NCBI GenBank assembly: GCA_035570235.1
Contig: DATMML010000001.1
Span: 799-64,798 of the forward strand
Source of the DNA: Vicinamibacteria bacterium
GTDB lineage: Bacteria > Acidobacteriota > Vicinamibacteria > Fen-336
Direction: 5' to 3'
DNA: 64,000 nt
The notes beneath the pieces were generated by a model. It worked only from the letters and a program-made list of their open reading frames with translations, made no database searches and was not told the DNA's origin. The position numbers were made by a program, and so were the translations under genes. This document shows, one piece after another, positions 47,171 to 56,000 of this stretch. Each line of letters starts with the position of its first letter. Position 1 is the first letter of the stretch.

Positions 47171-48456
47171 GGATCAAGGACCTCCGCGTACGCGACGTGC
47201 GGTTCCCCACCTCCCGCGAGAAGGACGGGTCGGACGCCCTCAACCTGGGCGATTACTCCGCCACCTACGTCATCCTGGAGACCGACCAGGGGCTGGAAGG
47301 AAACGGCCTGACCTTCACCAACGGGCGCGGCAACGAGATCTGCGTGGCTGCGGTGCAGGCCCTGAAGCACCACGTGGTGGGCCGCGAGCTGGAGGCCATC
47401 ACCGCCGACCCCCGCCGCTTCTACCGAGATCTCGTCGTCGACCCGCAGCTCCGCTGGCTCGGTCCCGAGAAGGGAATCCTGCACATGTCGACGGGGGCGG
47501 TGATCAACGCGGTGTGGGATCTCTGGGCCAAGCGCGCCCAAAAGCCGCTCTGGAAGCTGCTCGTCGACCTGACTCCCGAGCAGATCGTGGCCGCCATCGA
47601 CTTCTCGTACATCACGGACGCCCTAACCCCCGAGCAGGCCCTGGAGATCCTCCAGCGGAAGGCGGCCGGCAAGCCGGCCCGGGAAGCCGAGATGAGGCGC
47701 GACGGCTATCCCGCTTACACGACCTCCACGGGCTGGCTCGGCTACCCCGACGAGAAGGTGCGGAGGCTCTGCCGGGAGGCGGTGGGCCAGGGCTGGACGG
47801 CCTTCAAGATGAAGGTGGGCCAGAGCCTCGCCGACAACGAGCGCCGGGCGGCCTTGATGCGGGAGGAGATCGGACCCTCCCGCAAGCTCATGATGGACGC
47901 CAACCAGTGCTGGGATGTGGGGGAGGCCGTGGGCCAGATGAAGAGGCTCGCCCGCTTCGACCCCTGGTGGATCGAGGAGCCGACCAGCCCCGACGACGTG
48001 CTCGGGCACGCGGCCATCGCGAAGGCCATCGCGCCCATCGGCGTAGCCACGGGCGAAATGTGCCAGAACCGGGTCATTTTCAAGCAGCTGCTGCAGGCCA
48101 ACGCGATCGGCTTCCTGCAGGTCGACTCCTGCCGCATGGGCGGCGTGAACGAGGTGCTGGCCGTGCTGCTCCTGGCCGAGAAGTTCGGGGTTCCGGTGTG
48201 CCCGCACGCGGGGGGAGTCGGGCTCTGCGAATACGTGCAACACCTGGCGATCTACGACTACGTGGCGGTGAGCGGCTCCCTCGAGAACCGCCTGTGCGAG
48301 TACGTCGACCACCTGCACGAGCACTTCGTCGACCCCTGCACGATCCGGAATGCCCGCTATATGGCGCCGACCCGGCCCGGCTACAGCATCACCATGAGGC
48401 CGGAGTCGGTCGACGCCTATGAATTCCCCACCGGGAAGGTCTGGCGGGTGGCTTAG
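47167..48456 (+). CDS. fucD: L-fuconate dehydratase (enolase superfamily, FucD type)
   Basis: The start is a GTG at 47167 that overlaps the SDR stop. The N-terminus IKDLRVRDVRFPTSREKDGSDALNLGDYSATYVILETDQGLEGNGLTFTNGRGNE matches the characteristic FucD N-terminal region. Enolase-superfamily metal ligands are in MMDANQCWDV and WIEEP. Confidence 0.8.
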   Translation: MRIKDLRVRDVRFPTSREKDGSDALNLGDYSATYVILETDQGLEGNGLTFTNGRGNEICVAAVQALKHHVVGRELEAITADPRRFYRDLVVDPQLRWLGPEKGILHMSTGAVINAVWDLWAKRAQKPLWKLLVDLTPEQIVAAIDFSYITDALTPEQALEILQRKAAGKPAREAEMRRDGYPAYTTSTGWLGYPDEKVRRLCREAVGQGWTAFKMKVGQSLADNERRAALMREEIGPSRKLMMDANQCWDVGEAVGQMKRLARFDPWWIEEPTSPDDVLGHAAIAKAIAPIGVATGEMCQNRVIFKQLLQANAIGFLQVDSCRMGGVNEVLAVLLLAEKFGVPVCPHAGGVGLCEYVQHLAIYDYVAVSGSLENRLCEYVDHLHEHFVDPCTIRNARYMAPTRPGYSITMRPESVDAYEFPTGKVWRVA

Positions 48457-48480
48457 AGGGCGGCGGACGCGAGGTAGAGC

Positions 48481-49776
48481 ATGGAAGGCAACGGGGGCGG
48501 AGGCGCGCCCCCCTCGAGCACCGGCGTCGGGGGCGTGCGCTGGGTGATCTGTGCCCTCCTCTTCTTCGCCACCACCATCAACTACGTCGACCGCCAGATC
48601 ATCGGGATCCTGAAGCCGGAGCTGCAACGGGACCTCGGCTGGGACGAGATCGAGTACTCGAACATCGTCGTGGCCTTTACCGTCGCCTACGCCATCAGCC
48701 TCCTCCTGGTGGGGAGGCTGATCGACCGCATCGGGACCCGCCTCGGCTACTCCCTCTCCGTCGTCTGGTGGAGCTTCGCGGCCATGGCCCACGCCCTCGC
48801 CAGCTCCGCCTTCGGCTTCGGCCTGGCCCGCTTCGCCCTCGGGCTGGGGGAGGGGGGGAACTTCCCGGCCTCCATCAAGACCGTCGCGGAATGGTTCCCC
48901 AAGCGTGAGCGCGCCCTGGCCACCGGCCTCTTCAACTCGGGCACCAACGTGGGCGCCATCGTCACTCCCGTGCTCGTCCCCTGGATCGTCCTGGCCTGGG
49001 GCTGGCGGGCGGCATTCATCCTCACCGGCGCCCTGGGCTTCCTCTGGGTCGTGGTCTGGCACACGCTCTACCGCCGGCCGGACGAGAACCCGCGGCTCTC
49101 GCCGGCGGAGATGGCTTTTATCCGGAGCGATCCCCCCGACCCTCCGGCGCGGAGCGTCTCCTGGGGGCGGCTCCTCACCTACCGCCAGACGTGGGCCTTC
49201 GCCCTGGGCAAGTTCATGACCGACCCCTTCTGGTGGTTCTATCTGTTCTGGGTCCCCGACTTCCTGCAGCGAACCTACGGCCTCGACTTGAGGGCGCGCG
49301 GGCTGCCCCTGGCCGCGATCTACGTCCTCTCCTCCGTGGGCAGCGTGGGGGGGGGCTGGCTTCCGGGCGTCTTCCTCGCCCGGGGCGCGAGCTTGAGCAC
49401 GGCGCGGAAGACGACCCTGTTCCTCTGCGCGCTTTGTGTCACCCCCATCGCCTTCGCCTCCCGGGTGACGACCCTCTGGGGAGCGGTGGCCATCGTGAGC
49501 TTAGCCGCGGCCGCCCACCAGGGCTGGTCCGCGAACCTCTTCACCACCGCCTCCGACATGTTCCCCCGGCACGCGGTGGGATCGGTGGTGGGGCTGGGCG
49601 GCGCCGCGGGGGCCGTCGGGGGCATGCTGGTGGCCAAAGTCGTGGGCTACGTCCTCCAGTGGACCGGCAGCTACCTGACCGTATTCCTCATGGCCGCCGC
49701 CGCCTACCTGCTCGCCCTGCTCGTGATACATCTCCTGGCCCCCGGGCTGTCCGGCCCCGCCCTGGAGGAGGGGTGA
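48481..49776 (+). CDS. MFS transporter, ACS family (hexuronate ExuT-like)
   Basis: The TM1 signature is TINYVDRQIIGIL. Motif A is GRLIDRIGTR. The protein has 12 TM segments. Confidence 0.8.
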   Translation: MEGNGGGGAPPSSTGVGGVRWVICALLFFATTINYVDRQIIGILKPELQRDLGWDEIEYSNIVVAFTVAYAISLLLVGRLIDRIGTRLGYSLSVVWWSFAAMAHALASSAFGFGLARFALGLGEGGNFPASIKTVAEWFPKRERALATGLFNSGTNVGAIVTPVLVPWIVLAWGWRAAFILTGALGFLWVVVWHTLYRRPDENPRLSPAEMAFIRSDPPDPPARSVSWGRLLTYRQTWAFALGKFMTDPFWWFYLFWVPDFLQRTYGLDLRARGLPLAAIYVLSSVGSVGGGWLPGVFLARGASLSTARKTTLFLCALCVTPIAFASRVTTLWGAVAIVSLAAAAHQGWSANLFTTASDMFPRHAVGSVVGLGGAAGAVGGMLVAKVVGYVLQWTGSYLTVFLMAAAAYLLALLVIHLLAPGLSGPALEEG

Positions 49777-49778
49777 CG

Positions 49779-51230
49779 ATGGGACGCTTCCTCGACGACG
49801 ACTTCCTGCTGGAGACAGAGGCGGCGCGGGAGCTCTACCGGGGCGTGAAGGACCTGCCCATCATCGACTTCCACTGCCATCTGCCCGTGGAGCAGATTGC
49901 CCGAAACCACCAATTCCGGTCGCTGACGGAGATCTGGCTGGAGGGCGACCACTACAAGTGGCGGGCCATGCGGGCGGACGGGGTGAACGAGCGGCTTTGC
50001 AGCGGGGGGGCGTCGGACTGGGAGAAGTTCGAGGCCTGGGCCCGCACCGTGCCCCACACCCTCCGCAACCCCCTCTACCACTGGACGCACATGGAGCTGA
50101 AGCGGCCCTTCGGGGTAGAGGAGCTCCTCTCGGAGAAAACGGCGCGCACGATCTTCGACCGCTGCAACGCCTCCCTGCAGAGGCCGGAGTTCACGACCCA
50201 GGGCCTCCTGCGGCAGTTCAAGGTGGCGGTCGTGTGCACCACCGACGACCCCGCCGACTCCCTGGAGCACCACCGGGCCCTGGCCCAGCGCGCGGGCCCC
50301 GACACCCGCGTCTACCCGACCTGGCGTCCCGACCGGGCCTTGGGGGTGGACGACCCGCCCGCTCTCAACGAATGGGTGAAGCGGCTGGAAGGCGCGGCCG
50401 GGGTTTCGATCGCGAGCTACGAGGAGCTCCTGCAGGCCCTCGACAAGCGGCACGCCGCCTTCCACGACGCCGGGTGCCGGGCCTCCGACCACGGCCTCGA
50501 GCAGCTCCTGGCCGCGCCCGCGCTGGAGTCCGCGGCCAAGACCGCCTTCGAGAAGGCGCGCCGCGGGCGGGTGCCGGAGGCGGACGAGGTCCTGGGTTAC
50601 CGCTCCTCCCTCCTGCACCGCTTCGCGGTCATGGATCACGCCCGGGGCTGGGTGCAGCAGTACCACCTGGGGGCGCTGCGGAACAACAACACGCGCCTGA
50701 GGCGGCAGGTGGGCGCGGACGCGGGCTTCGACGCCATCGGCGACTTCGAGATGGCGCGTCCCCTCGTGCGCTTCCTGGATCGGCTGGACGAGACCGAGGA
50801 GCTGGCAAGAACGATCCTGTACAACCTGAACCCCCGCGACAACGAACTCTTCGCCACCATCATCGGGAGCTTCCAGGACGGCTCGGTGCCCGGCAAGATG
50901 CAATATGGCACCGCCTGGTGGTTCCTGGACCAGAAGGACGGGATGGAGGCCCAACTGCGCGCCCTCTCAAACATCGGACTCCTATCCCGCTTCGTGGGGA
51001 TGGTCACCGATTCGCGGAGCTTCCTCTCCTATTCTCGCCACGAGTACTTCCGGCGCTTGCTCTGCAACATTCTCGGCAACGATATCCGCCTGGGGCTCAT
51101 ACCCGACGATCGGGCCCTCCTCGGACGGCTGGTTGCGGACGTCGCCTTCTTCAACGCCCGCGCCTATTTTGGGCTCGAGCTCGGGGCCTTGGGGAGCGGG
51201 GCCAGCCCCCCGGCCGGGGAGCGGCCTTGA
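49779..51230 (+). CDS. uxaC: glucuronate isomerase
   Basis: I trimmed to the ATG at 49779, 2 nt after the MFS stop. The N-terminus FLDDDFLLETEAARELYRGVKDLPIIDFHCHL is the canonical UxaC opening. It is about 480 aa. Confidence 0.85.
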   Translation: MGRFLDDDFLLETEAARELYRGVKDLPIIDFHCHLPVEQIARNHQFRSLTEIWLEGDHYKWRAMRADGVNERLCSGGASDWEKFEAWARTVPHTLRNPLYHWTHMELKRPFGVEELLSEKTARTIFDRCNASLQRPEFTTQGLLRQFKVAVVCTTDDPADSLEHHRALAQRAGPDTRVYPTWRPDRALGVDDPPALNEWVKRLEGAAGVSIASYEELLQALDKRHAAFHDAGCRASDHGLEQLLAAPALESAAKTAFEKARRGRVPEADEVLGYRSSLLHRFAVMDHARGWVQQYHLGALRNNNTRLRRQVGADAGFDAIGDFEMARPLVRFLDRLDETEELARTILYNLNPRDNELFATIIGSFQDGSVPGKMQYGTAWWFLDQKDGMEAQLRALSNIGLLSRFVGMVTDSRSFLSYSRHEYFRRLLCNILGNDIRLGLIPDDRALLGRLVADVAFFNARAYFGLELGALGSGASPPAGERP

Positions 51231-51276
51231 CCCAGCGGACCCTGGCCTCCCGGGAGCGGCCGGAGGGCAGCACAGC

Positions 51277-51909
51277 ATGCCTACCGTCATAGAGAGACTC
51301 GCGCGACTGCGGCTCGTGCCCGTGGTCGTCATCGATCGGGCGGAGGGGGCCTGGCCCCTGGCCCAGGCCCTCAAGGCGGGGGGGCTGCCCTGTGCGGAAG
51401 TCACCTTCCGCACCGCCGCCGCGGAGGCGGCCATCCGCGAGATCGCGCGCGACCCGGACATCCTCCTCGGGGCCGGCACCGTCCTGAAGCCCGACCAAGT
51501 GGACCGGGCCCTGGACGCGGGGGCGACCTACATCGTCACCCCCGGGTTTGATCCCAAGGTGGTTCAGCGATGCCAGCAGCGGTCGGTGCCCGTCTTCCCG
51601 GGAGTGGCCACCGCCACCGAGATCTCCATGGCGTTGGACGCCGGCATCGAGGTCGTGAAGTTCTTTCCCGCCGAGGCCCTGGGGGGGGTGCCGACCCTGA
51701 AGGCCATGAGCGCCCCCTTCTCCATGGTGCGCTTCATCCCCACGGGCGGAATCGGTCCCGAGAAGCTCCTCGACTACCTGGCCGTCAAGACGGTGCTGGC
51801 GGTGGGGGGGAGCTGGATGGTGGCGGCGAAGCTCCTCGAGGCGGGCAACCTGGCCGAGGTCACCCGTCTGGCCGGGGAAGCCACGGCCCGCGTGCGGGAG
51901 AAGTCGTGA
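51277..51909 (+). CDS. eda: 2-dehydro-3-deoxy-phosphogluconate / 4-hydroxy-2-oxoglutarate aldolase
   Basis: I placed the start at the ATG at 51277, which follows GGAGGGCAG. The Eda pattern is present: VPVVVIDRAEGAWPLAQALKAGGLPCAEVTFRT, the Schiff-base Lys region VVKFFPAE and GGIGPEKLLDYL. Confidence 0.8.
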   Translation: MPTVIERLARLRLVPVVVIDRAEGAWPLAQALKAGGLPCAEVTFRTAAAEAAIREIARDPDILLGAGTVLKPDQVDRALDAGATYIVTPGFDPKVVQRCQQRSVPVFPGVATATEISMALDAGIEVVKFFPAEALGGVPTLKAMSAPFSMVRFIPTGGIGPEKLLDYLAVKTVLAVGGSWMVAAKLLEAGNLAEVTRLAGEATARVREKS

Positions 51910-51970
51910 GGCCAGGGGAAGGGGCCCCGGTCGGCATGACGCGCCCGCCCCCTGAGCGCGGGGAGGAACC

Positions 51971-53071
51971 ATGAGTCTTCTGACCATCCGGCCCCAGGAC
52001 CAGTGCCAATTCGACCAAGTCTCGCTGGGCGAGATCATGCTCCGCCTGGACCCCGGCGACATGCGGATCCGGACCACGCGCGGTTTCCGGGTCTGGGAAG
52101 GGGGAGGCGAGTACAACGTGGCGCGGGGCCTGCGCAAGTGCTTCGGCCTGCGCACGGCGGTGGTGACCGCCTTCGCCGACAACGACGTGGGTCGCCTCCT
52201 CGAGGACTTCATCCTGCAGGGGGGCGTCGACACCTCCTTCGTCAAGTGGATCCCCTACGACGGGCTGGGGAGAAACGTCCGCAATGGCCTGAACTTCACG
52301 GAGCGTGGCTTTGGGGTGCGGGGGGCGGTGGGGGTATCGGACCGGGGCCACACCGCCGCCAGCCAGCTTCGCAAGGGCGACATCGATTGGGAGGAGGTCT
52401 TCGCCCGCCGTGGCGCGCGCTGGTTCCACACGGGCGGGATCTACGCCGGCCTCTCCGAGACCACCCCCGAGGTCATCGAGGAGGCCATGCGCGCGGCCAA
52501 GCAACGCGGAACGATCATCTCCTTCGACCTCAACTACCGGCCCAGCCTGTGGAAGAACTTTGGCGGCCAGAAGCGGGCGCGGGAGATCAACCGAAAGCTG
52601 GCCCGCTACGTGGACGTCATGATCGGAAACGAGGAGGACTTCACCGCCTCCCTGGGCTTCGAGGTTCCCGGCACCGACGCCGCCTTGTCCTCGCTGGAGA
52701 CGGAGAACTTCAAGAAGATGATCGTCGAGGTCACTCGTGAGTTCCCCAACCTCCGGGTCATCGCCACCACCCTGCGCACGGTCAAGTCCGCCTCCATCAA
52801 CGACTGGGGTGCGGTGGCCTGGGGCGCCGGACAGTTCCACGAGGCCACCCTCCGCCGGGGCCTCGAGATCTACGACCGGGTCGGGGGGGGTGACAGCTTT
52901 GCCTCCGGGCTCATCTACGGTCTGATGGAGAAGGGTGATCTGGCCTTGGCGGTGGAGTACGGGGCCGCCCACGGGGCCTTGGCCATGACCACCCCCGGCG
53001 ACACCTCGATGGCCACGCTCTCTGAGGTCGAGAGCCTGATCAAGGGCGGGGGGGCGCGCGTCCAGCGCTAG
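51971..53071 (+). CDS. kdgK: PfkB-family sugar kinase (2-dehydro-3-deoxygluconokinase-like)
   Basis: The ribokinase-fold anion hole is GGGDSFASGLIYG and the NxxE-like region is MIGNEED. It lies downstream of uxaC-eda. Confidence 0.8.
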   Translation: MSLLTIRPQDQCQFDQVSLGEIMLRLDPGDMRIRTTRGFRVWEGGGEYNVARGLRKCFGLRTAVVTAFADNDVGRLLEDFILQGGVDTSFVKWIPYDGLGRNVRNGLNFTERGFGVRGAVGVSDRGHTAASQLRKGDIDWEEVFARRGARWFHTGGIYAGLSETTPEVIEEAMRAAKQRGTIISFDLNYRPSLWKNFGGQKRAREINRKLARYVDVMIGNEEDFTASLGFEVPGTDAALSSLETENFKKMIVEVTREFPNLRVIATTLRTVKSASINDWGAVAWGAGQFHEATLRRGLEIYDRVGGGDSFASGLIYGLMEKGDLALAVEYGAAHGALAMTTPGDTSMATLSEVESLIKGGGARVQR

Positions 53072-53120
53072 GACCGGCCCCGAGATTCGGTCCCCGGCCG
53101 TAGGGACCACCCTCGTCGCT

Positions 53121-53654
53121 CTATCTCGTCCGCGTCAGCAGGCCGAGGATCAGCAGGGCCGTGCCGACGAAGAACAGGCTTCCGAGCAGCCAGCCCACCC
53201 ATTTCTTCGCCGGGTGATTGACCCAATAGCAAAGCAGCGCCGAGAGGAGAAGGATTTGCGGCACGACTTCCACCCAGCCTCGGAGCTGAGACGCGATCGG
53301 CACCGGAGTGTAAATCAGGCCCTCGATCGATCCCGCGGCGGGGCCAAAGGTGGACAGGATCCCGAGCGCGAAAAGCATCCAGGCCATGAGCAGCCAGCCA
53401 TCTTTCCGGCCGAAGAGGCGATCCCGCAGGGGATAGAAGACCAAGGCGAAGACGAGACCGCGCAGCGGCTGGAAGAGCGGACCCGCCATGACCAAGGGAT
53501 CGCTCATATGCCGCATGCCAGAGTCGGGGCGGGCCATGGAGGCGGCGTAGTCGAGAAAATAGGCGGCCAGGGCGCCCATGATCAAGTAGGTGACGGTGTG
53601 GCAAACCATGGTCTTGGCAGCGAGAGAGAGAAATCGAGGTTGAGGATTGTCCAT
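53121..53654 (-). CDS. hypothetical integral membrane protein
   Basis: I trimmed to the ATG at 53654, which follows GGAGG. There are 5 hydrophobic segments. It is convergent with kdgK. Confidence 0.5.
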   Translation of the reverse strand: MDNPQPRFLSLAAKTMVCHTVTYLIMGALAAYFLDYAASMARPDSGMRHMSDPLVMAGPLFQPLRGLVFALVFYPLRDRLFGRKDGWLLMAWMLFALGILSTFGPAAGSIEGLIYTPVPIASQLRGWVEVVPQILLLSALLCYWVNHPAKKWVGWLLGSLFFVGTALLILGLLTRTR

Positions 53655-53811
53655 GGACGCCTCCTCTAGACTCCTGCGGTGGACGAGTGTCAGGCGGGGC
53701 TCAGGGAGTCCATGCTTCAACTGCCCAGAGCGACCCAACCAACCAAAAGGCGCGGTTGACTACGCCGCGAAGCTGCGATTCAACGCCGAGCAACCCCGAT
53801 CCACGGCAGGC

Positions 53812-54132
53812 TCAGGGAGTCCACTCACCCTCGCCCAAGCCGCCGGCAATGGCCCCAATCACGACAAAGGGCTCTGCCCCCGACACGACGGCGTCCGGCA
53901 GGGGGGCGTCCGGCGACTCATGGGACAGGTCCTCCTCGCACGCAAAAAAGCGCAAGAACGGTCGGCGCTGCTGGGTGACGTGGTCGCGGATGGTGCCGCG
54001 CAGCATGGGATAGCGGGCCTCCAGGGCGTCGAGGACCGAGCGCTGCGTGGCCGGGACCTTGACCTCGAGGGCCACTTCGCTGCCGACCTGGGCCAGCGTT
54101 CGCAGGGGTGCCGGTAGTAAGACTCGGATCAT
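53812..54132 (-). CDS. MoaD/ThiS-family ubiquitin-like sulfur-carrier-type protein with an 8-residue C-terminal extension after the Gly-Gly
   Basis: I trimmed to the ATG at 54132 ([14 protein letters not shown]...). The beta-grasp pattern ends ...[10 protein letters not shown] followed by LGEGEWTP before the stop. It starts 8 nt after the upstream BNR gene's stop. Confidence 0.6.
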   Translation of the reverse strand: MIRVLLPAPLRTLAQVGSEVALEVKVPATQRSVLDALEARYPMLRGTIRDHVTQQRRPFLRFFACEEDLSHESPDAPLPDAVVSGAEPFVVIGAIAGGLGEGEWTP

Positions 54133-54139
54133 CACCGGC

Positions 54140-55258
54140 CTAACCAGGGAGGGTCTGGACCTCGACCGAGAGCACACCCGGAAGATCGCGGACGATGGGC
54201 GCCCAACTGTCGCCGGCATTGGCCGATGCGTACACCTGCCCGCCGGTGGTGCCAAAGTACACGCCACAGGAATCGAGCGAGTCAACGGCCATGGCGTCGC
54301 GCAGCACGTTGACGTAGCAGTCCTTTTGCGGCAGGCCCTTGGTGAGCGCCTCCCACTCGTGGCCGCCCGTGCGGCTGCGGTACACGCGCAGCTTCCCGTC
54401 CGGCGGAACGTGCTCCGAATCGCTCTTGATCGGGACCACGTAGATGGTCTCCGGTTCGTGCGCGTGAACGTCGATCACGAACCCGAAGTCGGTGGGCAGG
54501 TTCCCGCTGATCTCCTGCCAGGAGTCGCCGGCGTTGTCGCTGCGCATGACGTCCCAGTGCTTCTGCATGAAGAGCGTGTGCGGCCGCGACGGGTGCATGG
54601 CGATGCGGTGAACGCAGTGGCCGACATCGGCTTCGGGGTCGGGGATATGCTGGGACCTCAGCCCGCGGTTGATGGGTTGCCACGTCTTGCCGGCGTCATC
54701 GGTGCGGAAGACGCCCGCGGCGGAGATGGCGATGAAGATGCGGCCGGGTTCCTTCGGGTCCTGAAGAACGGTGTGCAGGCACATCCCGCCCGCGCCGGGC
54801 GCCCAGCGCGGTCCCGAGCCGTGACCCCGCAGACCGGGGAGCTCTTGCCAGGTCTGCCCGGCGTCGGTCGAGCGGAAGATCGCAGCGTCCTCCACCCCGG
54901 CGTAGACCGTGTCCGCGTCGGTGAGCGAGGGCTCGAGATGCCAGACGCGCTTGAACTCCCAGGGGCGGAGAGTGCCATCGTAGTGCTGATGAGTGCCGGG
55001 GACGCCGTCATAGGTGAACTTGTTGCCCACCGGCTCCCACGTCTTCCCCCCGTCGTTGGAGCGCTGGATCATCTGCCCGAACCAGCTGGTCGACTGCGCC
55101 GCATAGAGCCGATTCGGATCGACGGGAGATCCCTTGACGTGGTAGAGCTCCCATCCTATGAAGTGCGGCCCGCTGACATCCCAGTGTTCGCGCTTGCCAT
55201 CCGACGTGAGGATGAACGCGCCCTTGCGTGTACCGACGAGGACTCGTACGTTGCTCAT
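54140..55258 (-). CDS. BNR/Asp-box repeat beta-propeller protein (sialidase/Ycf48-like fold)
   Basis: At least five Asp-box motifs (SxDxGxTW) are present: [50 protein letters not shown]. There is no signal peptide. Confidence 0.7.
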   Translation of the reverse strand: MSNVRVLVGTRKGAFILTSDGKREHWDVSGPHFIGWELYHVKGSPVDPNRLYAAQSTSWFGQMIQRSNDGGKTWEPVGNKFTYDGVPGTHQHYDGTLRPWEFKRVWHLEPSLTDADTVYAGVEDAAIFRSTDAGQTWQELPGLRGHGSGPRWAPGAGGMCLHTVLQDPKEPGRIFIAISAAGVFRTDDAGKTWQPINRGLRSQHIPDPEADVGHCVHRIAMHPSRPHTLFMQKHWDVMRSDNAGDSWQEISGNLPTDFGFVIDVHAHEPETIYVVPIKSDSEHVPPDGKLRVYRSRTGGHEWEALTKGLPQKDCYVNVLRDAMAVDSLDSCGVYFGTTGGQVYASANAGDSWAPIVRDLPGVLSVEVQTLPG

Positions 55259-56000
55259 CCCTTATCCTTCCTAGAACCCGGCACATTCACTAGGAGACAG
55301 CGGTGTCGCTCTGCTTGAATCGTGGAAGCAGGGAGTCCTTGTTGTCCGGGGACTCTTTTCGATCTGAGTTCGTCCCCCACTCATTATAAATGCGGTAGGG
55401 CCCCCCTTGGGACCTCTTCACGTAGCGGCTCACAGCGCCAGGGCGGTCGCTCATCGACTCGGGAGGGGATTCGTCCACTTGAGGACTGGGAAAGCGAGCG
55501 AAGTCCCGGTCTGCCGTGTAGAGTGGTAGGCACGCCGAGGAACGCACACATTTCGGGCAGTTGAAGTGCTCACATATGCTCCAGGACCTGACGCCGACCC
55601 GCTTTTCAGCGAAGTCGTGGCACAGGGGCGTTCAAATGGCTGGATTTCGCGGGCACGGCCAAAGAACACCCACGAGAGCCGTAAGCCCTTTCATTATCGG
55701 TAAGGAGACTCGGCCCGCCCGCCTCCAGACCCTCGCTTCACGATGCTCGTTCGTTCTCGGCAACTTGACCCCGCAATATACGCTGTCGGGTAACGGGCCC
55801 CGCCCCATCCCGGTCGCTGCTCTAAGCCTTTCTGAAAGAGTCGACTACAGCCATTGGAGGGCGCCGAGCGACAGATGGCGGCAGTTCGGAAACGCGGTGA
55901 TCTCGGCTTCCCTCCGAAGGCCATGTTGCGTCAAGGACCGCCTCTAGGGCGGCCTGGCACGGCGGTTGCTATAGATTCCCTCCCTGGATAAGGAGAATTC

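Noticed and set aside
55625-55660. A tmRNA-like 5' motif (GGGGCG..GGCUGGAUUUCGCGGGCA). Weak RNase P-like snippets (AGAACCCGGC at about 55278, GAAGTCCCGG at about 55500) were also noted.
   Set aside because: There is no matching tRNA-like T-arm plus acceptor 3' end, no tag-peptide ORF ending in ALAA-stop, and no GGAAAGUCCGG or AGGGUGAAA RNase P core. The partial matches are likely chance in GC-rich DNA.
55290-55947. Small ORFs in the long intergenic region (85 aa on the minus strand, 128 aa on the plus strand).
   Set aside because: Their codon usage is unlike the genome, they have no RBS and their products are low-complexity. I treated the region as non-coding or RNA-candidate.
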